Source: Desulfuromonadales bacterium (GTDB lineage Bacteria > Desulfobacterota > Desulfuromonadia > Desulfuromonadales > SZUA-540). Taken from it: DNA of 29,116 bases. Under the pieces are notes generated by a model that was given only the letters and a program-made list of their open reading frames with translations, was not told where the DNA came from and did no database searches. This document shows, piece by piece, positions 1-9,091 of this stretch. Position 1 is the first letter of the stretch; each line of letters begins with the position of its first letter. A program made the translations under genes and the position numbers. The stretch spans positions 1 to 29,116 of the forward strand of contig JAWSUS010000031.1 in the NCBI GenBank assembly GCA_033549025.1, read 5' to 3'.

Positions 1-103
1 AGCTGACATTTTTCTCTTCGATCATGCCGGCATAAGCAAGCAGATTGCCGACCAGAAGAATTCCCTGGCCCCCGAAGCCGGCCATAAACACATCGTATGT
101 CAT
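1..103 (-). CDS. 2-oxoacid:ferredoxin oxidoreductase gamma subunit, 5' part (runs off the window edge)
   Basis: Not in the ORF track. Manual translation from ATG at 103 gives MTYDVFMAGFGGQGILLVGNLLAYAGMIEEKNVS, with the gamma-subunit AGFGGQG motif. AGGTG SD upstream; lies downstream of the beta subunit. Confidence 0.9.
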   Translation of the reverse strand, partial: MTYDVFMAGFGGQGILLVGNLLAYAGMIEEKNVS

Positions 104-153
104 AGATACACCTGAAAGTTAAGCACCTGTCCGCCAGAGACGAGCAGGACAAA

Positions 154-906
154 TTAACGGTCTGATTCCTTAAAAACACCCAGAGGGAAATAGGGAATCA
201 TCTCTTCCCCCACCCTCTCGTTCGCTTTCAGGGCGTTCATACCCCAGTTGGTGGGGCAGGCGGAAAGCACTTCGACAAAGGAGAAACCGCGGTTCTCCAC
301 CTGGTAGCCGAACGCTTTCTTGATAGCCCGGCCCGCTTCCAGAATATTCTTGGGCGAGTTGACCGATACCCGCACCGAATAGGCCGTTCCTTCCAGATTG
401 GCCAGCAGTTCGGCCATGCGGATCGGATAGCCGTCGCTGGCGACATCGCGCCCGTAAGGGGAGGTGACGGTCTTCTGGCCGGGCAGGGTCGTGGGAGCCA
501 TTTGGCCACCGGTCATGCCGTAGGTCGTGTTGTTGACAAAGATGACCGTCATGCCTTCACCCCGGTTGGCGGCGTGGATGATCTCGCTGGTGCCGATGGC
601 AGCCAGGTCGCCGTCCCCCTGATAGGTGAAGACGATCTTGTCCTTGTGAACCCGCTTGACGCCGGTCGCTACGGCCGGAGCCCGCCCGTGGGGCGCTTCG
701 ACCACGTCGATGTCGAAATAACCGTACAAAAAGACGCTGCAACCGACGGACGCCACCCCGATGGTGCGGTTTTGCACATCGAAATGATCCATGGCTTCGG
801 CCACCAGACGATGGATGGTGCCGTGGTGACAACCCGGACAAAAATGGGTCTGCACATCCTTGAGTGAAACAGGGCGATCAAAAACCTTCTTCAGTGCGGT
901 GGTCAT
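154..906 (-). CDS. 2-oxoacid:ferredoxin oxidoreductase beta (TPP-binding) subunit, VOR-type
   Basis: Motifs FCPGC, GDGD...NN (TPP binding), YGMTGGQ and SACPT. Start overlaps the alpha-subunit stop (TAATG). Confidence 0.93.
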   Translation of the reverse strand: MTTALKKVFDRPVSLKDVQTHFCPGCHHGTIHRLVAEAMDHFDVQNRTIGVASVGCSVFLYGYFDIDVVEAPHGRAPAVATGVKRVHKDKIVFTYQGDGDLAAIGTSEIIHAANRGEGMTVIFVNNTTYGMTGGQMAPTTLPGQKTVTSPYGRDVASDGYPIRMAELLANLEGTAYSVRVSVNSPKNILEAGRAIKKAFGYQVENRGFSFVEVLSACPTNWGMNALKANERVGEEMIPYFPLGVFKESDR

Positions 907-1973
907 TATTTTTCCTCGTAGTATTTGCGAATCTGCTCAAGCAGCTCTTCCGGCGTCGGCAGCGATCCCGCCCCGGGAGGACGGCCGTAGAAGAAGACAT
1001 CGGCATCGCGGGCCACGGACAGCCGCACATCTTCGACCATCTGCCCGGCATTGAGCTCAACGCAGAGCACGCGCTTGGTCGTGGCGGTCGCCTGCAGGAA
1101 GGCCTTTTCAGGGAAGGGGAACAGCGTGATGGGCCGCAGCAGACCGACCTTGAGCCCTTCGGCCCTGGCCATGCGGATAGCCGTCTTGGCAATCCGGGCG
1201 GCGGAACCGAAAGCGGTGACCAGCAGCTGGGCGTCTTCCCAGCCGTAGCCTTCATAACGCACCTCATTCTGTTTGAGCAGATCGTAGCGCTTGTGCAGGC
1301 GCCAGTTGTGGGCTTCGAGTTCACCATCGCCGAGATAAAGCGACTTGACGATGTTCTGCTTACCCCGTTCGCCCTTGCCGGCCACAGCCCAGTCCTTGGC
1401 GGGCAGATCGGCCGGCTGATAACGGTGAGGGATCAGCGCTTCTTTCATCTGCCCGATCACCGAGTCACCGAGGAGCATAGCCGGGATGCGATAGCGGTCG
1501 GACAGGTCGAAAGCCAGCATGCTCAGGTCGTACATTTCCTGCACCGAGTCGGGCGCCAGGACGAGGATATGGTAGCCACCGTGCCCTCCCCCCTTGACCG
1601 CCTGAAAATAGTCAGCCTGGGAAGCGTCGATGCCGCCGAGACCGGGTCCGGAGCGGCAGATGTTCACGATAAGGCCGGGAAGCTCGCTGCCGGCCATGTA
1701 GGAGATCCCTTCCTGCTTGAGGGAAATCCCCGGGCTCGACGACGAGGTCATGGCACGGGCGCCGCAGGCACTGGCCCCCAGGAGCATATTGATGGAAGCC
1801 ACTTCGCTTTCCGCCTGGATGAATTCGCCGCCGAGTTTCGGCAGCTCACGGGACATGTATTCGGGAATGTCGCTCTGCGGCGTGATGGGATAGCCGAAAT
1901 AATAGCGGCAACCCGCTTCCAGCGCCCCCATGGCGACGGCCTCGTTTCCTTTGACAAAAAGCCGGTTAGACAA
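906..1973 (-). CDS. 2-oxoacid:ferredoxin oxidoreductase alpha subunit (3-methyl-2-oxobutanoate/VOR-like)
   Basis: Motifs KGNEA, GYPITPQS, QAESE, TSSSSPG, RSGPGLG and ELNAGQM. Start moved to the TTG at 1973, which has a GGAGGA SD 7 nt upstream. No symbol given because vorA/vorB naming is inconsistent between organisms. Confidence 0.92.
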   Translation of the reverse strand: MSNRLFVKGNEAVAMGALEAGCRYYFGYPITPQSDIPEYMSRELPKLGGEFIQAESEVASINMLLGASACGARAMTSSSSPGISLKQEGISYMAGSELPGLIVNICRSGPGLGGIDASQADYFQAVKGGGHGGYHILVLAPDSVQEMYDLSMLAFDLSDRYRIPAMLLGDSVIGQMKEALIPHRYQPADLPAKDWAVAGKGERGKQNIVKSLYLGDGELEAHNWRLHKRYDLLKQNEVRYEGYGWEDAQLLVTAFGSAARIAKTAIRMARAEGLKVGLLRPITLFPFPEKAFLQATATTKRVLCVELNAGQMVEDVRLSVARDADVFFYGRPPGAGSLPTPEELLEQIRKYYEEK

Positions 1974-2046
1974 AATCCGTTCCTCCAGAATCGGCTGGCC
2001 TCCCGACAGGTCTGTCAGGGGCGGCAAGCCGTTTAAATAAATCGTT

Positions 2047-2289
2047 CTAAGCCTTGGTGGCGTCGCCATCCGTTTTTACCTGCCGGTAAATCGTGATGGC
2101 CACATCGGGACACATCTGTGCGCACAGAGTGCAGGAAGTGCAGGCCTCAAGGGCCTCGGGAGTCATGACGGCGGGCTGAAAGCCCATCTTGTTCAACTTG
2201 TCGCTCAGGGTAATAAGTCCCCTGGCGCAGGCGATGGTGCAGAGGCCGCAGCCTTTGCAGCGCGATTCATCTATAACGACTTTGGGCAC
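2047..2289 (-). CDS. 2x[4Fe-4S] ferredoxin-like delta subunit of the oxidoreductase
   Basis: CKGCGLCTIAC and CTSCTLCAQMCP motifs. Likely start is GTG at 2289 after an AAGGA SD. Confidence 0.9.
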   Translation of the reverse strand: MPKVVIDESRCKGCGLCTIACARGLITLSDKLNKMGFQPAVMTPEALEACTSCTLCAQMCPDVAITIYRQVKTDGDATKA

Positions 2290-2329
2290 GATACCAATCC
2301 TTCTTTCGTATACGTTTATCAAAGGGGCG

Positions 2330-2358
2330 AACTTACCAAAAGCTCTCTTCCCCCGTCA
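2330..2358 (-). promoter_or_regulatory. sigma70-type promoter of the oxidoreductase operon
   Basis: Minus strand reads TTGACG-N17-TAAGTT, with TG giving an extended -10. Confidence 0.6.
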
Positions 2359-2396
2359 ATCAAAAAGTCACGGGAAAATGCCGGACATTTTAATCG

Positions 2397-2409
2397 CAAG
2401 TATTTGATA
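2397..2409 (-). promoter_or_regulatory. IHF consensus site
   Basis: Minus strand TATCAAATACTTG is an exact match to WATCAANNNNTTR, about 40 bp upstream of the -35 box. Confidence 0.45.
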
Positions 2410-2466
2410 CAGCTGCCATTTACAGATAGGAGCCGGCAGGATTAATTCCCGGCGGGCAACCTCGGT

Positions 2467-3681
2467 TCAGAACTTTTTTCCGCGGACGAGATGGTCCATA
2501 AGCTGATGCCCCTGACGGACAACAAGCCCACTGGCCTTGGCAGCCCTTTCGCCATACCCCTCAGCCTGGCCGGATGCCGAAAATTCCCCCTGGGACGAGT
2601 AGAGGATAAAGGGTACGGCGTCAGAGGTGTGGGTCATCCGGGCTACGGGCGTTGGGTGGTCGGAGAGCACGAGGACGCGGAAATCGCCCAAAGCCGGCAA
2701 CCCGTCGAGGACGCGGCCGACCACCTCGCGGTCAAAGTCCTCGATGGCCTGAATCTTGTCCTTGAGGCTGCCAGCGTGGGCCGCCTCGTCGGGAGCCTCC
2801 ACATGGAGGTAGACAAAATCGCGGGTCTTGAGTGCCTCCAGAGCGTATTCGGCCTTCCCCCGGTAATTGGTATCGATATAACCAGTGGCGCCGGGCACGT
2901 TAATGATGTCCAGACCGGCATAGATGCCGATCCCCTTGATGAGGTCCACCGCCGAGATGACGGCGCCGCTGATACCGAATTTTTCGCCCATGGTCGGCAG
3001 GGAGGGCGCCCGGCCATGACCCCAAAGCCAGATGGAGTTGGCCATGTCCTGGCCGTTGAGACCACGCTGCCGGTTGACCGGATGGTTTTTGAGCAGCAGC
3101 TGGGACGAGGTCATCAGGTAGATGAGTTTGTCGGCCCCTTCCCCTTCGGGCAGATAGTTCTCGATACTCTGGCCGCTGATATCGTGGGGCGGTGTAAATT
3201 TCAGCTTGTCCTTGCCGCCGCGCCATACCATAAGGTGCCGGTAGGATACGCCAGGATAAAACTGGAACTCCTCATCGCCCAGCTCTTCCTGCAGGGAGCG
3301 GATCAGTTCGGTGGCCTCCGGCGTGGTGATATGGCCGGCGGAGAAATCGCCCATGTAGATGCGGCCGGCATGAGGAGTCAGGGTGACCAGGTTGCAACGG
3401 AAGGCGACATCCTGCGGCCCTAGTTCCACGCCCATACTGGCGGCTTCAAGGGGCGAACGGCCGCTGTAGCAGCGGGACGGGTCATAGCCGAAGACGGACA
3501 GGTTGGCGACATCGCTGCCGGGGTGGAACCCCGGGGGAATCGTCTCCGCCAGACCGAGCTGGCCGGTCTTGGCGAGTGAATCCATTCGGGGGGTGTGGGC
3601 ATGTTCCAGCGGGGTTTTGCCGCCAAGCTCTTCCAGGGGCTCGTCGGCCATACCGTCGCCGAGTAATACGACGTACTTCAT
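2467..3681 (-). CDS. apgM: cofactor-independent phosphoglycerate mutase, ApgM (archaeal-type) family
   Basis: Motifs [39 protein letters not shown] and SDHPTP...THT (alkaline-phosphatase-fold metal ligands). Confidence 0.9.
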   Translation of the reverse strand: MKYVVLLGDGMADEPLEELGGKTPLEHAHTPRMDSLAKTGQLGLAETIPPGFHPGSDVANLSVFGYDPSRCYSGRSPLEAASMGVELGPQDVAFRCNLVTLTPHAGRIYMGDFSAGHITTPEATELIRSLQEELGDEEFQFYPGVSYRHLMVWRGGKDKLKFTPPHDISGQSIENYLPEGEGADKLIYLMTSSQLLLKNHPVNRQRGLNGQDMANSIWLWGHGRAPSLPTMGEKFGISGAVISAVDLIKGIGIYAGLDIINVPGATGYIDTNYRGKAEYALEALKTRDFVYLHVEAPDEAAHAGSLKDKIQAIEDFDREVVGRVLDGLPALGDFRVLVLSDHPTPVARMTHTSDAVPFILYSSQGEFSASGQAEGYGERAAKASGLVVRQGHQLMDHLVRGKKF

Positions 3682-3736
3682 AGACTCCTCTCAATCATAT
3701 GAACTGAATAAACAGGAAAAAGCTCCGCATCGAGGT

Positions 3737-4624
3737 TCATCCCCGGGGATGGAACTGCTCGTGGATCTTCTTGATACGCTCCCGGGTGACATGGGTGTAG
3801 ATCTGGGTGGTTGAAATATCGGCGTGACCGAGCATGGTCTGCACCGAACGCAGATCCGCGCCATTTTCCAGCAGATGGGTGGCGAAAGAGTGCCTGAGCG
3901 TGTGAGGCATGATATTTTTAGTAATTCCCGCCTCCAGCGCACGGCGCTTTATAATCTTCCAGAAGCCCTGACGTGTCAACCCCTTCCCGAACCGGTTGAG
4001 GAAAACAAAGGGGCTTTTTTCATCCTTGTCCAGAAAGGGGCGCCCCAGACTAAGATAGCGGCGCAGTTCGGCGATGGCGGTCTCTCCCAGAGGGACAATA
4101 CGCTGCTTGCTGCGCTTGCCGAGGGTCATCAGGTACCCCACCTGCAGTTGAAGATCGCCCAGGGTCAAGCCGACCAGCTCGGATACCCGCAGACCGGTCG
4201 CGTAGAGGATTTCCAGCATGGCCCGGTCGCGCAGGGCCAGCGGTTCATCCCCGGCAGGTGCCGCCAGCAGCCGCTCGACTTCACGAGGGCTGAGGGTGTG
4301 GGGGAGCGACTGCAGGCTGCGGGGCGCCTCCACCTGAGAGGTGGGATTGAGGCTGGAGAGGCCTTCGGCCAGCAGGAATTTATGGAACATGCGCACCGAA
4401 ACCAGACTGCGGGCGCGACTGCGGGCGGAAAGGCCCCCTTCTTTGAGGCGGGCCAGAAACCGCAGGACCATGGGCGGTGTCACGCTGTCTGCCGTGCGGA
4501 CCCCTTCTTTTTCGAGAAAATCGACATAACGGGCCAGGTCGCGGCCGTAGGCCTCCAGCGTATTGGCGGCCAGGCCCCGTTCTACCGACAGGTAGCTGAG
4601 AAAAAGATCGACGTTCTGTTCCAT
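3737..4624 (-). CDS. xerD: tyrosine recombinase XerD
   Basis: 295 aa. ERGLAANT N-terminus; catalytic motifs [23 protein letters not shown] and [15 protein letters not shown]; ends in HPRG. Confidence 0.95.
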   Translation of the reverse strand: MEQNVDLFLSYLSVERGLAANTLEAYGRDLARYVDFLEKEGVRTADSVTPPMVLRFLARLKEGGLSARSRARSLVSVRMFHKFLLAEGLSSLNPTSQVEAPRSLQSLPHTLSPREVERLLAAPAGDEPLALRDRAMLEILYATGLRVSELVGLTLGDLQLQVGYLMTLGKRSKQRIVPLGETAIAELRRYLSLGRPFLDKDEKSPFVFLNRFGKGLTRQGFWKIIKRRALEAGITKNIMPHTLRHSFATHLLENGADLRSVQTMLGHADISTTQIYTHVTRERIKKIHEQFHPRG

Positions 4625-4654
4625 GCTTTCACTGTCTGCCTGTTGCCGGGCGCC

Positions 4655-7363
4655 TCATTGCGGGGTCGTTTCCGACGGGTGCTCGCCGTCAAGACTCAAG
4701 AGAAGTTTCTGCCGGATTTCGGCCACCTTGTCTTCCTGCAATATTTTCTGACTGAAGATATCCTGCACATAAAAGGTGTCCCCCGCCTGATCGACCTTGG
4801 TGGAGATCTTGGCGACGCCGATATACAGCCCCAGTTCTTTCAGCGTTTTGGTGATGTCATACAGCAGACCGACCTTGTCATGGGTATAGATGTCGATGAC
4901 CGTGTATTCCTGTGAAGCCCGGTTGTCGATTTCCACCCGGGTCGGGATACGGGGACGGGCCTTTTCCGTCAGGAAGCTGGGGCGCTGCATCTTCTTCACC
5001 AGGGTATCGACCTTCACCCGCCCTTCGAGCACCGCAGCCAGGTCCTCCTCGACATGGCGCCACTTGGCCTCATCGGCGATAATGGTGCCGGCCGAACTCC
5101 GTACCTGCAGAATGTCGAGAACAATGCCGTTGCTGCGGGTGTTGATCTGGGCGCCGAGAATATTGATATTGTTGGCGGCCATGACCCCGGTAATCTTGGA
5201 AAAAAGGCCGGGAACGTCGAGGGTGGCGATGGTCACCTGGCTGTATTCCTGCTCAAGAACATGCTCCACCTGCAAGGCCAGCGCCTTGTTCTGACGGCTG
5301 AAGGAGAGGCGCAGATGCCCCGCGATCTCGGCTGAGCGGTAAGACAGCAGGTAGCGGGTGCTCATGGTTTTCAGCGCATCCCGTATGGCCTTGGGATCGT
5401 AATCGTCCTGGAGCAGGGCGAGCACTTTGCGTTTGCGGTTTCGCACCTTTTCGGAGCGCTTTTCCAGCTGAAAGTCGCCCCTTTCCAGAACCATATAGGC
5501 TTTTTCGTACAATTCCTGCAGCAGGAACCCTTTCCATTCGGACCAGACATCCGGTCCGACCGCCTTGATATCGGCAAAGGTCAACAGGTAGAGCATACGC
5601 AGGTTTTCGCTCATCCCCATGCTGCGGGCAAAATCGAGGATGAGACGGTCGTCATGCAGGTCGCGCCGCTGCGAGATATGGGCCATCTTCAAGTGATTGC
5701 GCACCAGAAATTCAAGACGGCGGCTGTCCTCACGGTTCAGCCCGAGGCGCCGGGCGATGGTGGGAATCATATCGGCGCCCTTGTTGCAATGATCCTTACC
5801 CTCCCCTTTGCCGATATCGTGAAAGAGCACGGCCAGAAGCAATAGCTCGCGTTTTTCGATATCGTTGGCGACCTGGGTGAGAACCGGTTTCTTCTCGCGG
5901 TACACCCCCTGCCAGACCTTGGTCACCTCTTCAACGGCAAAGAGCGTATGAATATCGACGGTATAGATGTGGTAGGCATCGTGCTGAACCTTGCAGTAGA
6001 TGCGACCGAACTCGGGGATAAAGCGGTTGAGAAACTGTAGATGGTGCATATCCCGCAGCGTTTCCGCCACCCCTTTGGGAGTGCGGAGAATCTCCAGAAA
6101 CATCTCATTGATAGCCCGGGATCGCCGCACCTTGTCGTTGAGCCGCCGGAGATTGTCGCGGATCAGCCCTTTGACGGAGATGTTGAGCGGAACCCCGTGC
6201 CGCTGGGATAGCAGAAAAGCCTTCATCATGGCGGCGGGATCCCGTTCGAAAAGGGCTTCGTCGCTCAGCCGCAATTCACCGCGAAGGATGTAGAATCCCT
6301 CATCGACCACGCGACGGGTCAGATAGCCCAGAATCCGCGAACCGGGATCATCCTGCTGCGTCGCCTTGGCGATAAGAGAGGAGGCAATGTGCTCCACGCG
6401 GGTAGCATGAGAATAATAGTCCTGCATGAACTGCTCGACGGCCAGGCCGTGCCGGCTGTCGCGGTAGCCAAAGAACTGGGCGAGCATTTCCTGCTTGTCG
6501 AACTGCATCTGTTCGTTTTTACGGCGGGAGAGGTAATGGAGATGGTTGCGCAGGCGCCAGAGATAGTCGAGAGCGGCTTCGTATTCTTCCCCTTCCCGCT
6601 CGGTCAATACCCCCTTGATGATGAGTTCCCGCAGATTGCGGGCCTTGAATTTAACGCGGGCGATCCATAAAGCGGCGTGGAGATCCCGCAGACCGCCCTC
6701 CCCCTCCTTGATATTCGGCTCCAACAAATAGACGGAAGACCCGTACTTTTTGAGACGGCGGGCGTTCTCGTCCAGTTTCTGCCGGATAAAATCCCCCGTA
6801 TTGCGACTGAGAACGACGGCGAGCACCTTTCGCATATAGTCCTGGTAGAGATCCTCATCCCCGACGAGGTAGCGAGAGTCCAGCAGGGCCGTGCGGGCGG
6901 TGATATCCTTGTCGGCCATCTCCAGACAGTCGGTGTCGGTCCGTACGCTGTAGCCGACGTCCAGGCCGAGGTCCCAGAGCAGATAGAGCATTCTTTCGGA
7001 AATCTTTTCGGCAAAATCCTTGTCCTTGCCGGTATAAAAGAACATCAGGTCGATATCCGAGCGCGGATTGAGCTCGCCCCGGCCATAGCCGCCCAGGGCC
7101 ACCAGGGCGCAGGCCCCGAAGAGGTTTTCGGGCACATCCGCTGAAACACTGCGATAAAGATTGCGGATGAGGGTGTCGATCATGGAAGTCAGACTGCCGA
7201 CCACTGAGGCGCCGGAAGATCCCGCATCGTGTTTGGCCCGAATTCTGGTTTGATGATGATCGAGATACCGACGCGACGCCTCCAGCAGAAGGTTCCGCCG
7301 CTTTTCATAAGGGATGGATGGGTCGGTCAGCATTTCAGGCGTAAAGAAATGATCGGTTATCAC
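4655..7363 (-). CDS. glnD: PII uridylyltransferase/uridylyl-removing enzyme
   Basis: ALGGYGRGEL...SDIDL nucleotidyltransferase motif, EPNIKEGEGGLRD, HD domain (HIYTVDIH, LFHDIGKG) and two C-terminal ACT domains. Confidence 0.96.
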   Translation of the reverse strand: MITDHFFTPEMLTDPSIPYEKRRNLLLEASRRYLDHHQTRIRAKHDAGSSGASVVGSLTSMIDTLIRNLYRSVSADVPENLFGACALVALGGYGRGELNPRSDIDLMFFYTGKDKDFAEKISERMLYLLWDLGLDVGYSVRTDTDCLEMADKDITARTALLDSRYLVGDEDLYQDYMRKVLAVVLSRNTGDFIRQKLDENARRLKKYGSSVYLLEPNIKEGEGGLRDLHAALWIARVKFKARNLRELIIKGVLTEREGEEYEAALDYLWRLRNHLHYLSRRKNEQMQFDKQEMLAQFFGYRDSRHGLAVEQFMQDYYSHATRVEHIASSLIAKATQQDDPGSRILGYLTRRVVDEGFYILRGELRLSDEALFERDPAAMMKAFLLSQRHGVPLNISVKGLIRDNLRRLNDKVRRSRAINEMFLEILRTPKGVAETLRDMHHLQFLNRFIPEFGRIYCKVQHDAYHIYTVDIHTLFAVEEVTKVWQGVYREKKPVLTQVANDIEKRELLLLAVLFHDIGKGEGKDHCNKGADMIPTIARRLGLNREDSRRLEFLVRNHLKMAHISQRRDLHDDRLILDFARSMGMSENLRMLYLLTFADIKAVGPDVWSEWKGFLLQELYEKAYMVLERGDFQLEKRSEKVRNRKRKVLALLQDDYDPKAIRDALKTMSTRYLLSYRSAEIAGHLRLSFSRQNKALALQVEHVLEQEYSQVTIATLDVPGLFSKITGVMAANNINILGAQINTRSNGIVLDILQVRSSAGTIIADEAKWRHVEEDLAAVLEGRVKVDTLVKKMQRPSFLTEKARPRIPTRVEIDNRASQEYTVIDIYTHDKVGLLYDITKTLKELGLYIGVAKISTKVDQAGDTFYVQDIFSQKILQEDKVAEIRQKLLLSLDGEHPSETTPQ

Positions 7364-7374
7364 AATATGCCCTG

Positions 7375-9090
7375 TCAGTTCGAGGCCATCATTTTAAGAG
7401 AGCGGGTATAGTTGCGAACCCCCTGGGAGATGGCGGCCACCGTACGATCCCGGTATTTGTCACTGAGAAGGCGGGACTCTTCCATCTTGTTGCTGATAAA
7501 GGCGGTTTCCACCAGAACCGAAGGCATGGTGGCCCCCAGCAGAACATAAAAAGGGCCCTGTCTGACGCCGAGGTCTTTAACCTTGCTGTAGTTTTTGGAG
7601 AGTACGTTCACAAGAGAATTCTGGATCTCCGCCGCCAGGCGGCTCGACTCATTGATTTTGGCGTTGGCCATCAGATCAAAAAGGATCAGCTCCAGATCGC
7701 CGACCTCTTTTAGAGAGGTGCCATTTTCCCGCGCGGCCAGAGCAGCAGCCTTATCGTTTTTGGAAAAGTTGAGATAATAGGTCTCTATCCCATAGGCCTT
7801 TCGACTCGGACTGGCATTGGCATGCAGGGAGATGAACAGATCGGCGCCAACCTTGTTCGCAAAAGCCGTGCGCTCTTCAAGGGGGATGAAAATATCGCGG
7901 TCACGGGTCAGCAGCACTTCGACACCGAGATCCTTTTCGAGGCGTGGTTTCAAGGCTTTGGCCAGTTTAAGGACGATATCTTTTTCAAAAACACCGGAGG
8001 GACCGATGGCGCCCGGATCCTTGCCGCCATGCCCCGGGTCAATCACGATACGCCGCATCACATTCCCAGAAGAGGCTTGGGGAATGTGAACCTGCAGGGG
8101 CCGCTCCTCGGGTGTTCGCTCCAGAATGCCGGCGATGCCATCCTGAGCGGAAGGCGGCAGGGCGGAGACCACCGGCTTGCTGGCCGTAATTTCCGTCTGG
8201 CGGTCGGCCTCAACATCGATCACGATCCGATAGGGTTCGTCCAGGGAAAAAACTTTGTAATCTTTCAGACTGGTGAGATCAAGAACGACGCGAACCGTAC
8301 CCTGGGCTGGGACGCCGGTACGGATCTGCCGCAACAGGCCGTCATTGACGTCCATCGTGTCGCTCAGGGTCAGTGAGGGACTGGCACCCAGGATATCGAT
8401 ATAGATGCGCGGCCCGGTCTGTTTTTTCGGGTCGCCGTGAAGCTGGTTGACCACATAATTAGCCGACCCTTCCAGATCGAGGACGATACGGGTCGTGTCG
8501 GGATTGGACCAGAAGCGGATGCCGGTCAGCTGGCGGGATCCCGTATCGGACGTCGCCGGCTTGGATGAGGGCGGCGGCGAACTGGTGGCATAGCGGGCCA
8601 GCTCCCGGACCCTGGGGCGGGCCTTGGCCACCATATCCCCCTGGGGATAGCGCTCGATGAGCCGGGCAAAACGAAGGTAGGCTTGAGCGCCTTCCGCCAG
8701 AGTTTTTTCGAGAATCGTTCCGGACAGATACAGGCCGTCGTCGGCGAGGTTGCTTTCCGGATAAAGGGTCGCCAGATCATCGTAAAAGGCAACGGCCTCT
8801 CTGGCATCGGCAGCCACCAAAGATACACGGTAAAGCCCTTCTGACGTCTTGCCGGCCATGTAGAGGCTGTCGGCGGCGCGGGGATGGCGCGGGTACTTCT
8901 CCTTGACCGCCACGAACTGATTACGAACCCGAAGCCAGTTTTCACGATAGAGCTGTTTCTGGCGGGAATCGAGCAGCTTCTGATAGCTGGCTTTGGCCTG
9001 GCGGTAGTCCTTTTCGGCATCCTGCGCCAAAACGGGCTGGACGGCCAGCAGGCAGAAAAAGGCGATAAGAACTCCTCGAACAAGAAACAT
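7375..9090 (-). CDS. N-acetylmuramoyl-L-alanine amidase (signal peptide, TPR-like region, AMIN, Amidase_3)
   Basis: Signal peptide ending VLA|QD; TPR-like helices (KYPRHPRAADSLY, YPESNLADDGLY); AMIN-like TRIVLDL and RIVIDV; IDPGHGGKDPGA, FISLHANA and SVLVETAFISN motifs. Confidence 0.92.
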   Translation of the reverse strand: MFLVRGVLIAFFCLLAVQPVLAQDAEKDYRQAKASYQKLLDSRQKQLYRENWLRVRNQFVAVKEKYPRHPRAADSLYMAGKTSEGLYRVSLVAADAREAVAFYDDLATLYPESNLADDGLYLSGTILEKTLAEGAQAYLRFARLIERYPQGDMVAKARPRVRELARYATSSPPPSSKPATSDTGSRQLTGIRFWSNPDTTRIVLDLEGSANYVVNQLHGDPKKQTGPRIYIDILGASPSLTLSDTMDVNDGLLRQIRTGVPAQGTVRVVLDLTSLKDYKVFSLDEPYRIVIDVEADRQTEITASKPVVSALPPSAQDGIAGILERTPEERPLQVHIPQASSGNVMRRIVIDPGHGGKDPGAIGPSGVFEKDIVLKLAKALKPRLEKDLGVEVLLTRDRDIFIPLEERTAFANKVGADLFISLHANASPSRKAYGIETYYLNFSKNDKAAALAARENGTSLKEVGDLELILFDLMANAKINESSRLAAEIQNSLVNVLSKNYSKVKDLGVRQGPFYVLLGATMPSVLVETAFISNKMEESRLLSDKYRDRTVAAISQGVRNYTRSLKMMASN

Positions 9091-9091
9091 G

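Noticed and set aside
1974..2069. N-terminal extension of the alpha subunit in the ORF track
   Set aside because: It overlaps the delta gene and crosses a hairpin. The TTG at 1973 has a strong SD and matches where homology begins.
3737..4624. Tyrosine recombinase as the integrase of a prophage or island
   Set aside because: Length and motifs are those of housekeeping XerD, the flanking genes are core genes, and I see no att repeats or tRNA.
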